DNA of 64,000 bases from Callorhinchus milii. Taxonomy: Eukaryota. The first letter of the stretch is position 1. Each line of letters starts with the position of its first letter. This document shows, in pieces, positions 12,460 to 24,497 of this stretch. The notes beneath the pieces are model-generated. The model did not search any database. It worked only from the letters and a program-made list of their open reading frames with translations, and was not told the origin of the DNA. Both the position numbers and the translations under genes were made by a program. The stretch lies in NCBI RefSeq assembly GCF_018977255.1, contig NW_024704743.1:34598001-34662000 (forward strand), written 5' to 3'.

Positions 12460-13660
12460 TTTATATGATTACCCTCACATCAGGAAGACATCCCAAAGCA
12501 CTGAACATTACTGGCTGGGCACCCGAGCTGGGGAAAGATGAACATGCAGCCAAAGAAGTAGGTCTCGAGGTGGACCTTCAACAAGGTGAGTGAGTTGGAA
12601 GGACTTTGGGATGGAGTTACACAGAGTAGGAGCAGAAAGGCTGAAAGCCTGCCCGAAGATGGTGGGAGGGAGAAGCAGGGCACAGAGAGATGCTCACTAA
12701 ATGAAGGGAACAGCCGGGTCGACGGGGTGTTTGGTAGTTGTAGTGGTAGGGTGGGGCAACTATGGTGAGAGTTAAAGGTGAAAACAAGGTTCTTGAACTT
12801 GATCCACTGGAATGGGGAGCCAAGCAAGAATAGCGACTTTCATGTCAGAAGAATATCCCAAAGAACTTCACAGGATTCAAAACAACAAGATTACATTTGT
12901 ATAGCATTGGGAAGACATCCCAAGACGCTGGACAGAGCACTGCATTTCAGACCCCAACTGGGGTCAGGGAGGGAGAAGGAAGGGGAAGGGGGTGGCCGAT
13001 GGCATGGTCAAAGAGGAGGGTTTTGAGGCGAGACTTGAAGGAGGCTAAGGAGGGGGCGAGGCAGAGTGATTGGGGGATAGAATTCCAGAGGTTGGGGGCA
13101 GAGTGGCTGAAGGCTCTCCCACCAATGGTGGGGCGGTGGGTCAGGGGATGTGGAGCAGGCCAGAGCTGGCTGAGTGGAGAGAGCGGGCGGGTTGGTAGGG
13201 GGTTAGGACCAGGATCCGCTGAAGGATAGGGAGCCAATGGTGTTAGGCGAGAATGCGGGAGATGGGGTCACAGTTTGGTGCGGGAGAGGTCATGGGCTGC
13301 AGAGTTCTGGATTATCTGCAGCCTGTGGAAGGAGGAGTTGGGAAGGCCGACAAGCAGGGCATTTGCATTAGTCAAGTCTGGAGATGATGAAGGCATGAAC
13401 AAGAGTTTCAGCGGCCTGTGGGGTGAGGTAGTGGCAGAGTCGGGCGATGTTACGGAGGTGAGGGAAGGCAGAGGTTTGGCTTGGATGTGGGGAAGAAGAC
13501 AGTTGTCGAACAAGACACTTAGGTTCCTGACTGGCGTGGTGAGTTGAAGTGTGCAACCGTTGAGGTTGATGGTGCCAGAGCCTGAGGTGCAGAGGCACTG
13601 GCATCAGCCAATCAGGTGGGCCTCAGTCTTGTTCACATTCAACTGTAGGAAATTCACTGC
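12460..13660 (-). mobile_element. Two tandem L2 3' fragments (about 12460-12830 and 12875-13660)
   Basis: [54 protein letters not shown]2 tail at about 12880-12935. Confidence 0.85.
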
Positions 13661-16600
13661 AAAGTGGAGTGACTGTGTGTTGTGGGTGAACATGGCACAC
13701 AGCAGTGTTCTACAAAAGAGGCCTGCAGAGCAGATATCTCCCACATAGAAGAAATGATCCAAGAGACTGACTGAAAGTCAGTCAGCATTCCTTGCACCTA
13801 CAACCCCCTCTTGGGGCAAGGCCAAACCAGAGTTATGTGTGTTCTATGTTTATCTGAAGCTCATAGAAAGCAGATCTTTCATGGCACAAGTTGGATCATC
13901 ACCACATTCGCAATGTGTAACAATTTGGGATGGGAGAGGAAAATCAGAGCAATGCATTTGTAAAAAATATTTACATTTATTCTATTTTAATGAGGGAAAG
14001 TCAAAGTGAACAGATATCCAGAGGGAGGCAAGAGATATGCAACACTATTTCTAGTAATAAAAACATAGGATATGAATGACTAAGGATTGGCCAAATATAC
14101 ATATTTCACTTTCATACCCTTCCTAATCCCTCTTCCTGTGTTTTATTCCCTTATCCCTCATGCTTGTATTACATTTCCTCTTAAACACATTGATTTAATT
14201 TGCTTCAACCACAGCTTTTGGCAGCGAGTTCCATATTCAGATCAACCCATGTGAAAAAAAGTTCCTGCTAAACTCCCTTTCATATCAGTTACTTTCTTTC
14301 ACCCACAAAATAACCTGTCAATTCTCTTTACATTCTGTGAAGCACTTTGAGACGACTCAACAACATAAGCTGTTATATTAAATGCAAGGTTTATTATTAT
14401 TGCCCATTTTATATATTGTTTTGCACCTAACAAGTGAAAATAACAAATTGTATTTATACAGCAGTTTATAATCTTAAACACCTTGATCAGTTGCCATCTC
14501 AAATAATGACCCTTACATTTGGTATTGCACCTTTCATGTCAGAAAGATGTCCTAAAGGATGGCGAAGTGTGTGGGGGGGGGGGGAAGAATGCGTGACTCC
14601 TGATTCCAGGGTACAAAAATGTTAATGTAGACCCATACCCAGTTTACTAAAACTGATCTCAAGCATATGAAAAGTGCAAGGCCAGAGAGTTTTTTTTATA
14701 AACGGAAAAATAAGTTCTTACAATTCCTACAGGTACAGTGCACATCATTTGCATACACACCCTGCTGAATATTGCAATGGCAAACGTCACTGTCTCAAAG
14801 TGAAACTGAGCAGAAGATTCAATGTCCAATCTGTGTGAAGTTAGGGCAGGGGCACTAAACTTCACTTATTACTCCAGGCTAGTGGGGAGAACAGTGGATG
14901 AAAGTTCCTTTAACTCTCCCGTGCTACTAGCTAAACCGGTGTGTGGAGTAAGGAAACTTGCCTAAGGTTTCGCCCTGTCCGGGAATTGAACCCAGGTCCT
15001 TTCGCTTGCAAGCGAGTGCCCTAATAAATACATGTTGTGGGTTGAGATGGCAGACCTGCATGTTTTTCTCTTCATCACTCTGGGGCTGACAATAAGTAAT
15101 GCAGAGAAACGCAGTATTCATGGAAGTTTTTTTTTAAATGAAGTTGTATACAGGCAAATTGTATTCACGTTCAAAGATCACTAGCTAACCAATCACATCT
15201 AGGCAATGCACAACCTCCCTTTTCCCCACCAATACTAATATGGATTTAACAAGACAAAAACGAACCAAAAATGTGACTGACAATGTTAACTGTGATTAAT
15301 CTGTTATTTTCAAGCACCACACTAGTATTTGAGGACCATAACTTTGGATTAATATTGCTGACCATGCATATTCAGCTCACTCGCCAGAATCAGGATTGTG
15401 ATTATAAGCAATGAATTTGAGTGCTTTTCAGTCTTTGCTCTACAAACTGAAATCCAGAACACTGGCCCATAAGAGTACAGTGCGTTCTTGAGATTCATAT
15501 CCCGACTATACACAAGCCAGAAATACACAAGGATCATTAACGTGACAAGATGGTCACAGGTAACCATGCTATGTGGGTGCACCACAACACGTCCAAAATC
15601 CAGTAAAAAGCAGAGGAGAAATGGCAGCTCGGAAAATAATATCACAGCTGGGCAGGCTAATGCCTGCCACAAACTGATGAACAACAGGGCAGCTGAACAC
15701 CCCAAAAAAACCTATCCTTTGGGATAATATGAGTCAATGCCTGAGGAGCAAACAAAGAGTTAACAATCACACAATAAAAATTCTACAGGTCAGGGGAAAA
15801 GCACTGGTATTGCTGAAGAAATGCAGGCATACTGGGAGATCTGCTCTCAACAAACCACCTCATTTGCCTAAAGAGCTTCAGGACACTCCTACTAAAATAA
15901 CTAGCTTAAAGCTCTCAAACTAACTTGTAGAGAAGTTACTTCAGCTTGAAACTCTACTTTTCCAAAACATTATTTGTTAAATGAAAACTATTGCTGTGTG
16001 AAGATGCAATTCCCATTTGCTTTTGGAAAATCGAAGCCAAAAAACATCCCATGGTACACTGCTGTATGTTTTAAAATTTCTTACTATGCAATAATAAATG
16101 CCCAAGGATTGTGTGTGCCATTTGATAAAATCCTTTTAATGCAAATTAAAAAGCAGAATTTTCACCTAATATACATCTTGTATATTAAAAAAACCTGCTG
16201 CAATGAGTACTTCACAATAAAAACTAGATATGCAAATTGTACACAATGTGATTTGTGGGAGACAATTCAAAAATATAACTATTCTACAGAATGGATATGG
16301 CAGCCAGTGCAATATGGCCAATGTAAGTAAAAAGGGCAACATAGAGGCTTAGATACAAAAGCATGGAAAGCAGCCAGTTGCACAGCACCTTTTATTAAGG
16401 ATGAATGCAGTACTTCAAACGATTGACATAAAAGGGGGAGCGGCAGGGAATGAGGTAAAGGCTCACCGTCCTGTAAAAGGTAGAGCCAGGACTAGCCCAC
16501 TCATGTATCCCTGTAGATAAAGGGAATCGAACCCCTTTAGGATCACCGTGGTGATAGGGGTGGTTTGGGTTGTTTAGTGTATGTTTTTGCGTCTGTGATG

Positions 16601-16925
16601 TTTCTGGTTGCGTTACTGTGTAAACGTGCATGTGTATAGTGCACATCAGGGCACCATCCAAACTCAGTAAGTGCACCTTATTAGTCTGTGTGCAGGTGCA
16701 CACACGTATGTAGTGCAAACAGGGGAGTTTCCAGACGGTCTTATAGGGAGCGTACTAAAACTGGAGAATAACGTGTTGCGTCTCTTTTTTTGTACTGGTT
16801 TGATACTGTAAGAGAAGCATAAATAACAAAAAAATGTTAAGATAAAAAAAACTTAAGACTGAGAAATCCCAAGTAGTAAGGGAGGGGGGAAATTTAAGGG
16901 CATTAACCAAAGACATGGTCTAAAA

Positions 16926-17345
16926 GATAATCCTTGCATTTGATATAGCACCTTATCATGTCATTGAGATGTCACAAAGCACTACACAGGATATACTGTC
17001 AAGTGGATTGCTTGTGTAATTTGTGGACAAAAGCAGTAACAGTTACACACAGCAATGTTCCACAAAAGCAATTGTGACTCATGAGATTGTTGGCCATGAC
17101 ACTGGGAGAAACTCCCTCCTCTTTTCGAAGAGTGCCATGGGATCTTTAACGTCCACCTGAACTGGCAGACAGGATCTCGGTTTAACGTTTCATCCAAAGA
17201 ACGGCACCTCAAACAATGAAACGCACTCCCAGAACAGCCTTGGAGGGTCAGCATGGAATCACACAGTTTAAGTCCCAACGTGGAGCTTGAACCCACAACC
17301 TTCTGACTCAAAGCTGAGAGTGCTACCACTGAGCCAAACTGACAC
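16926..17345 (-). mobile_element. Deu-domain SINE, best-preserved copy
   Basis: ggatgaaacgttaaaccgag.tcctgtctgcc.gttcaggtggacgttaaagatcccatggcact.ttcgaa core; head tggctcagtggtagcactctc. Confidence 0.85.
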
Positions 17346-19779
17346 ATGAACAGACATGATGCATAGGAGAGGTTTTGAAGATGGGAAAGAAAACACTGCT
17401 AAGTGATTTTAGGAGAGGCTTGGAGAATGGCTGGGGGCTTAGCACAGTGTGGGTGGGGAGGTGAGGAATAAATAATAGACCAGTCAGAAGAAAGGAAGTC
17501 AAGGTAGGATAACAGAGCTGGAGGAGACTGCAGAAATAGTGAGACATTGAAGGTATGAATGAAGATCTTGGCAGTCAATTCACAAAAATACTGGGAGCCA
17601 GGTGAGGTTAGCATCAACAGGTTGCAGAGCCTGGTGCAAGAGACAATAGCAGCTACCCTGTCAGCCACAGGCAGTACATTCCCTGAAAATAAAGTGTGGG
17701 TGTAAAAGGGACAAAGTAAAGGAAAGAGAATAGCTTGGGCGATGGGAAAAGAAGCCATGATTTGTTTGACTTTATGGCCACGTGGGTGAGTTTACAGCGT
17801 GCAGGTGATGGGCTGCTGGTTGTAGAGCCGTGTTCCAGGAAGCACCTTATTAGTCATGGAGAATAGTGTAGAGTCTCCTTTGGGAGTCTGGCACAGCATT
17901 CAGCGCCACTCAACTATTCAAGGACACAGGCAGACACTAATTAAGAGTATGTTTCAGGTGCCCTAAAATTCAAAGATTTTCACATAAAAGCCCCAGCAAA
18001 CTAATACTGCTCTATAGTGTGCTCAACAGATTACCATAGAAACAAGTAGATGGCAATTAATTTGGGCCAAAACAAACACCTGATGTGTTGTACATGTGAA
18101 GGAGCAGTAAGCAAAGCAAACAGGATGTTGGGTTATGTTGCCAAATGATTAAGAGTTCAGATTGCCAGAAGTCGTGATCAAGCTGCACAGTGCATATCAG
18201 GCTGCACCTGGACTGATGCATACAGTTCTTGGTTGCTGTGACATAAGGGGACTGTCTAGGCCTCAGTAGCAGTACAGGGAGCAATTAGGATGATCTCCTG
18301 TGATGCAGTTTGAGCTTATATCGCTAATCAGATAAGATCAGCCTTGAAAAAACATCTCAAACAGGAGGACTTTACATTGTAAATGGAATAAGTGAACAGC
18401 CCAGAACAACACTTTCACATATGCTGAGACAGTAGGATACGAACTTTAAGTTCAGGGTTGTGAAATACTATTTTAAAACAAACAAGGAAATATTTAGAGG
18501 GTAACTTGAAGGCTGGGCCAGGTTACCAAGAAGGATAATAAAAACATTTGATATAGCACCTTATAACATTGTTGAAATATCTCAAATTGCTTCACAGAAT
18601 AGATTATAACGTGGATTGACTATTTTGTGGATGAAAAGTGGGCCAACTGTGCCCTGCAGCGTCCCACAAACCGTCATGGATTGAACGGCTAAATTTTGTT
18701 TTGGATGGTCGAGGCCAGGTCACTGGACTCACTTAAACTGTTTGATTCTATAATAAATGGTTGATATGCTGCAAAGGATGAAATCAAATGGGCTGAAGGG
18801 CCTTTAACTGAAGATCATGATGTGATATGTCAGAAGAAAGATTTCTGTAAATTAGCTTTCTCTCTAACTCAGATTTCTGGTTGGAGTGTAGTCCAGTCCA
18901 CTATTATCACACTCAACTCTAGCTGCTCTGCTTGGGCATTCCATATTCCTCAAGAAGGATCGAGAAATAGGTTGGATTAAAGCAGAGTCCTATTCTTGTT
19001 CCTTAAAATGCTAATGTTTTTAAAAAAAACTATAGGAATCAGATTTTTCTCTTGGATAACAAAAACTTGGAACAGATCAGCTTGAAAACTGGATAGATGA
19101 GCTAAACAGCAAGTCAACGAACTGCTTTGCTTCGAAGGAGCCACAGGCAGCGCCCTCAACTCCAGGCCTTCAACATACACTAAACTAGTTTCAAATAAAA
19201 CTAGTGAAACCTTAACTACAAAGTTGCTGAATTTTGTACTTTTGTTTAAAAAAGCACAACAGATGTATATTTAAACACAAAAGAGCAATTTGATATTTGG
19301 GCATTCAACAAGTCTGCCAGAAATGGAATACTCAGTGAATAAATGTTGAATAAAAAGAGGCCACAGATCACTCATAATAGATTGTGATTAATGCTTCTAT
19401 TAAAAATCCATTTGCATTTGGTACCACGTCTATTGGAAAACAACCACCAACAACGACTTGCATTTATATAGCTCTCACGCAGGGTAGCATTCCAGAGTTG
19501 TGAACAAAACTACTGTGAGATAAAAAAAATACAATGTCTAAACAAGGTTCCCCCCAACATAGCCTTAATTAATCTGTACTGCTCAATAATACTTAAACAT
19601 AACCCATTGAGTTTGATTGTGAATAGTTTGAAAAGAGGGCTAAGACATAACTTCCGTTCCATTCCCTCACATTCTCCTCCTTTAATCTATTAACTTAGCG
19701 AGATTGACACAACACATAACAGAACCCACTCTTCAAAGCTCAAAGAGAATAGCTGTTTAGGCAGAGGAACAGGACTTAC

Positions 19780-20021
19780 AGTTTATGAGGCCTAGTTGGA
19801 GGAGGGAAGCGAGTGCAGTGATGATGGTGAAGAGCAATAGGGTGCCCCTTCGCCCCATCAGGCTTACAAGACCACACATGGCCGCACAGGATAGAATTCC
19901 AATCACTTCCATGATGTAGTACTCAGCATAGAAATTTTGCAGGAAGTTGTAACTTGATCCATCCATTTTGTGATCCATCATACTCTTCACAAAACAGTAG
20001 TGGATCCCAAATCCAGTCAGG
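19780..20021 (-). CDS. SLC22A23: SLC22A23 exon 7 (242 nt)
   Basis: ttttgaag|C: LTGFGIHYCFVKSMMDHK...NFYAEYY...MGRRGTLLLFTIITALASLLQLGLIN; donor T|gtaagt; ends in phase 1. Confidence 0.95.
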
Positions 20022-20311
20022 CTTCAAAAGGAAAAGGAGAAATTAGTAACACAACATTCACAAAGTGTACAGAATTAAGTGTTGTGCATAGCAAATGTTC
20101 ACCATACTTTAGTCCTTCCCCCACACACAGAAGGGGGCCCAATAATTAATAGCAATGTAGAAAATAAAATCCTTTCCATCTCTCCTTATGGGACAGATAC
20201 CCAACTGCAAACTAAGCATTTAAAATATAGTAGTCCGATTCAAAATGGCTGCAGATTTGATACTTGGTCTCTGTGTAGCAACAATAGATTTCATCCTGGC
20301 ACAAATGATCT

Positions 20312-20630
20312 GGAGTCCTGCAGCTCAGTGGTTAGAGCACTCGCTTTGCAAGCAAGAGACCTGAATTCAATTCCAGGCAGGTCAGGGTGAAACCTTGGGC
20401 AAGTTTCCTTACTCTGATGCCTAATAATAATCCCTCCAAAACCAAAAATAATAAATTGGTCATTTTCAATCTACGACTGTTTGTGGGACATTGCTGTGCG
20501 CAATTGGCTGCCGCGTTCGCCCACAAATATACAGTCAATTCACTTTACAGTGTGTTCTGTGAAGCGCTTTGGGACGTCCTCCCGACGTGAAAAGCGCTAT
20601 ATCAAATGCAAGGATTATTATTATTATTAT
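20312..20630 (+). mobile_element. Young full-length tRNA-derived SINE (tRNA-Ala-like head, L2-type tail, (TTA)n end)
   Basis: A box agctcagtgg, B box gaattcaattcc; near-identical to the copies at 25849, 45033, 50210 and 61416. Confidence 0.92.
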
Positions 20631-21827
20631 CTATATTCCTTTGGTTATCTAGTGATCCTTGCTGTAATTCTTGCAAGGTTGAGCGTGGACAAGGATTGGA
20701 TCAGATCTGCCGCAATGTCTAGTTTTCTCCTCCACCCCATTCTTGAATAGCCTATCAACATCTGTTCAAACATACCCCTACAGAAATCATCCTTTTCAGA
20801 AGAGGGTAAAATTTGAAGAGGTGGGGTTAAGATTTGAATTTTCCACCTTGAGGACACTAAATGTCAAAGTTACACAAAAATCATTTATGAAAACATTCAG
20901 ATAAGATAAACCAGATAAGAAGTGACTTACAAGACTTTGAGACGATGGTGAGGTCATTGCTAGGCAAAAATACCATTACATGATTGATAGGATTATTATA
21001 TAAGGGAATTACTTTACTGTCAGAGCATAAAATGATAGGGCTGCTGTAACCATAGTGCTGAACATAAAATAACTGTCAATGAATTACATGGCTGTAATCC
21101 AATCAAGTGTTTTGGAGGACACTAAATGCAATTTAAAGTATTCATCCATATCCCAAGGTTCCTTAAACTATTTCTGTACGTAGATAAGTTAAGGAGACTG
21201 TCTGGGAAACATTTTGAGCAGAACAAGCCAAACTGTCCAAAGAAGATTTTATCATTAAAGCTATATATGCTTCAGTGACCTGGTCACCTCAGTCGTGAGT
21301 TAACTTGGCTTCCCCAGAGTCAAGGTTAGTAACTCTCATCAAACCAGGTCATCTGTGCTTTCTTTCATCAAAAAGTCATCAGTACTTACTGTTCAAAACC
21401 AAGAGATTTTCAAAATAGTTTATTGCCAAAGTCTGAATTTTGGTTTGAGAAAAATCCTCAAGAGGATTTGTTTTAGAGCATTTGCTTTCATCAGCCAGTG
21501 CAAATAGTAGTTGGATCAGATAATAATATGAAAGGGTCATCAGTTGAAATCTTTCTCTCACACTCCATTCCTTCTCACTGTGTGGGGGTTTGTTCTCTGC
21601 CTAGTGATGTGGGTGAAGCAGAGCGGGCATGTTACCCAGCATTACAGAGCTTGTGATAGTATACATTCTGTATACACCAATAATGAGCATCATCTCCAAC
21701 ATCTGGCCTGCATCTCTGTAGAAAGCCTAGAGTAATTCATGGTGCCTCATCATTAGGCTTAGCACAGATACTTCAGTCCACACAACTTGCAAAACATAAT
21801 GGCTCAATGTGCAGCTTCATTACTTAC

Positions 21828-21933
21828 GAATTCACACAAAGTACTAAGATGTGCTTCCACAAAATTCTTGTATGTATGATTTTCACAATGCAGGTTTTGT
21901 TATGTCTCGCCACTGGTTCCTCCTTATCGAGTT
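21828..21933 (-). CDS. SLC22A23: SLC22A23 exon 6 (106 nt)
   Basis: tttttag|AA: (E)LDKEEPVARHNKTCIVKIIHTRILWKHILVLCVN(S); donor TC|gtaagt. Not in the ORF track. Confidence 0.92.
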
Positions 21934-22043
21934 CTAAAAAAGGTCAAATAAACAGGTTTTACTAAAATGACTTTCACAAGATTCTTTCCTCTCCCCTCCC
22001 ACGAATTCAGCATAATACTTTGTCCTGAGGTCTATTGTGTGGT

Positions 22044-22300
22044 AACAAAAGTAGAAGTTGCTGGGAACACTCAGCAGGTCAGGCAGCATCTATGGAGAAA
22101 GAAAGTGAATCAACATTTTGGGTCCAAGACCCTTCGTCAGAACTGGGGCATGTTGGGAGGGAGAGGCTTTTAAGGGCTAGCTTAGAGGGGAGAGGTAGGG
22201 CAAGGATGACAAAGGACAAAAGTGGGTAGAGGACAGAGGATGATGGGTTAAAGAGGTGTTAATGATGCAAAACAAAGGGGGGGATTGCAACAAAGCAGGG
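22044..22300 (-). mobile_element. Penelope-like element terminal repeat fragment with a decayed hammerhead motif (weaker copy at about 35544-35625, +)
   Basis: Minus strand reads cagttctgacgaagggtcttggacccaaaatgttga...ctccatagatgctgcctgacctgctgagt, matching chondrichthyan PLE-type ends as recalled. Confidence 0.6.
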
Positions 22301-22601
22301 GAAAACTTTGAAGAAGGTCTATTGTCTGGTGTCCACCTCTGAATTGCTGTCTTTCATTTTCATCTCATGTAAGACAAGACTTCAAAGCCAATTATTGTTT
22401 CAAATCACTTTGAAGCCCAAACTCTACCATAGTGAACATCCAGTACTGCCGGTCCTGAGGGGGTTCATTATAGTGAGGTTCGACTATAGGTTCTCTCGCT
22501 TGGCAAATCACTACCCATCATTGTTAAGAGTAGTTAATTGGAATGAGTAATTTCCTCATTCACAGCATTTCTGAGGTCACATTATTAGTCAGCACTCTTA
22601 C

Positions 22602-22729
22602 CAGTAAGAAATCCCTTGATATCATCCTCCAGATGCACTCTATTTTTATGTGCAAAGTCCAGAAATACGTCTTTGGCAGCGTGGAGCTGGTGCGTGGCTA
22701 GCAGCCATCGGAGAGATTCTGGGAAAATA
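22602..22729 (-). CDS. SLC22A23: SLC22A23 exon 5 (128 nt)
   Basis: ccccag|T: IFPESLRWLLATHQLHAAKDVFLDFAHKNRVHLEDDIKGFLT; donor G|gtaaga. Confidence 0.95.
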
Positions 22730-23515
22730 CTGGGGGAAGAGGGGAAAAAAACAAGAAAATAGTACAATTAGGGACACGGTGTTTGTACACAAATGTTATA
22801 GATCCAAAAAAGCCAGCCACTTGGATTTTAAAGTAGTATCAGCTAGTGTAGAAGGATAGGCTGAGGAAGGGAAGGAACAATTGTAATACACCATCCACAG
22901 AAATATAGCTCCTTTATCTCACTACCTTGAGAACCATACCAGAGTTCAGGATCACATTTAGTCTTTACTGGTGCAGAAGAGAACAACAACAACCACCACT
23001 TATACAGTGCCCTCCAAGCAAGGTATGGTCTCAGAGCGCTTAACACTGGTGAAATCTGATTCCAAGACTGAAACAATTGCCCTGCAATAGCTTCGTGGGT
23101 GACTGCAAAACATGGTGTGGTACTGAACCACACAAACCTAGACAGAGGGGTATATATCCAAGTTCACAGATGACACGAAGGTTGGAAGCAAAACATTTCT
23201 TCAGGATTATGGATAGACTAAATGAGTGGGCTGAGATATAGATAGAGTTCAATGGTGTTCGGTTCACTGGTCACTGTAGGTCAGTTCACAGTAGTAGGTC
23301 TGGTTTTGGGTACAGCAATTCTAGCAGGCACAACAGCCTTAGAGGCAGGCAGCAGATTCACCAAAATAGAGATTAGTTATGAGGACAGAATGGACAAAAT
23401 GGGACTGTGCTCTTTTGAAATATGTTGAGCCACACCAACTCAGACTACTTCTAAACTCATAGCTGTTCTACATGACTTCCTACAATATAGTTTGAGGTTA
23501 AAGTAACATACTCAC

Positions 23516-23684
23516 CACCAGTAAGACAACATGAATATGAAAGGACAAATGATGATGGCTTGCAATATCTGCCAGTCTCGGCACAAGACAGCAAGACCAG
23601 GCATCAGCAGCTGACCTCCCATTGTAATGAAGCTCGCTGTCATGGTTATCATGAATCGGTTTCTAGGCAGAGATAGTTCGATAC
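23516..23684 (-). CDS. SLC22A23: SLC22A23 exon 4 (169 nt)
   Basis: caatag|GT: IELSLPRNRFMITMTASFITMGGQLLMPGLAVLCRDWQILQAIIICPFIFMLSYW; donor TG|gtgagt. Confidence 0.95.
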
Positions 23685-24329
23685 CTATTGTTAGGGGAAA
23701 GGAAATCAATCATTATATGGCTTCCCTGCAACAAAGCTGTGAGCAATAATTTAATTACTTGTTTAAATTATTCAGCCAAACACCATGTTGAAATGAATAA
23801 AATAAATAAAAACTATTTCCTCAGAATCTTACATTCTGCCCTCTCCCTCAATTGCTTTCTCTCTTCCCCTCCCCAAACCAAATAATGCTTCATAAAAGGA
23901 CTAGAGTCAAATCCAATTCTTCACCCAACAATATAGTATATACACAATAGTAATTATATAGTAGCTCATAAGTAAACCCTGCTTTAGTGAAACTGAACAA
24001 ACAGTCAGATTTGATCTTAAAGACAAATACAAAATTCTGGTATTCTGAGAGACACCTAGATCAGGGGTTCCAAGTCGGAAGCAATCTGGCTCTTGGAGAT
24101 CAGTTTCAAGTTTTTATTCAATTGATCTGGATTCTATCATTCACAGCCTAATGACAAATGCATCTTAAAACTACTGGATCCCAATCATGTTGGGACAGCA
24201 TCTTTGTGAACACCTTCTAAAAAGAATCTGGGATCTAAACAGGTTGTTTGTCTATTGTGGTCTCTTCCTTGGGAGTTTAGTCCCCAGACATTCAACATCT
24301 TTTACAAAAGTAGATATAACAAATGGCTA

Positions 24330-24487
24330 GTAATAATACTTGCATTTGATATAATGCTTTTCACATCTTCTAGATGTCTCAAACCACTTCACAGAATATA
24401 CCGTAAAGTGAATTGACTGTATATTTGTGGGCAAAACACAGCAGCCAATTGCGCACAGCACTGTCCCACAAACAGTCATGGATTGAA
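24330..24487 (-). mobile_element. SINE 3' half (similar tails at about 1600-1730, 40805-40910, 47546-47710, 50886-51009, 52165-52340, 60580-60690, 60850-60990, 63780-63870)
   Basis: Shared segment ...cacaaatatacagtcaattcactttac...gtgaaaagc.ctatatcaaatgcaag(tta)n. Confidence 0.8.
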
Positions 24488-24497
24488 GTGTATTATC

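Noticed and set aside
15349..15705. Hydrophobic 118-aa minus-strand ORF containing DFGRVVVHPHS
   Set aside because: No AG acceptor before that motif and no SLC22 homology; probably spurious.
16467..16470. Apparent 4-nt micro-exon ttttacag|GACG|gtgagc
   Set aside because: It would frameshift and has no homology support; the donor is better considered with the upstream acceptor at 16510.
20481..20750. Recurrent ORFs MWDIAVRNWLPRSPTNIQSIHF... at many positions
   Set aside because: Chance open frames in the SINE body, not a gene family.
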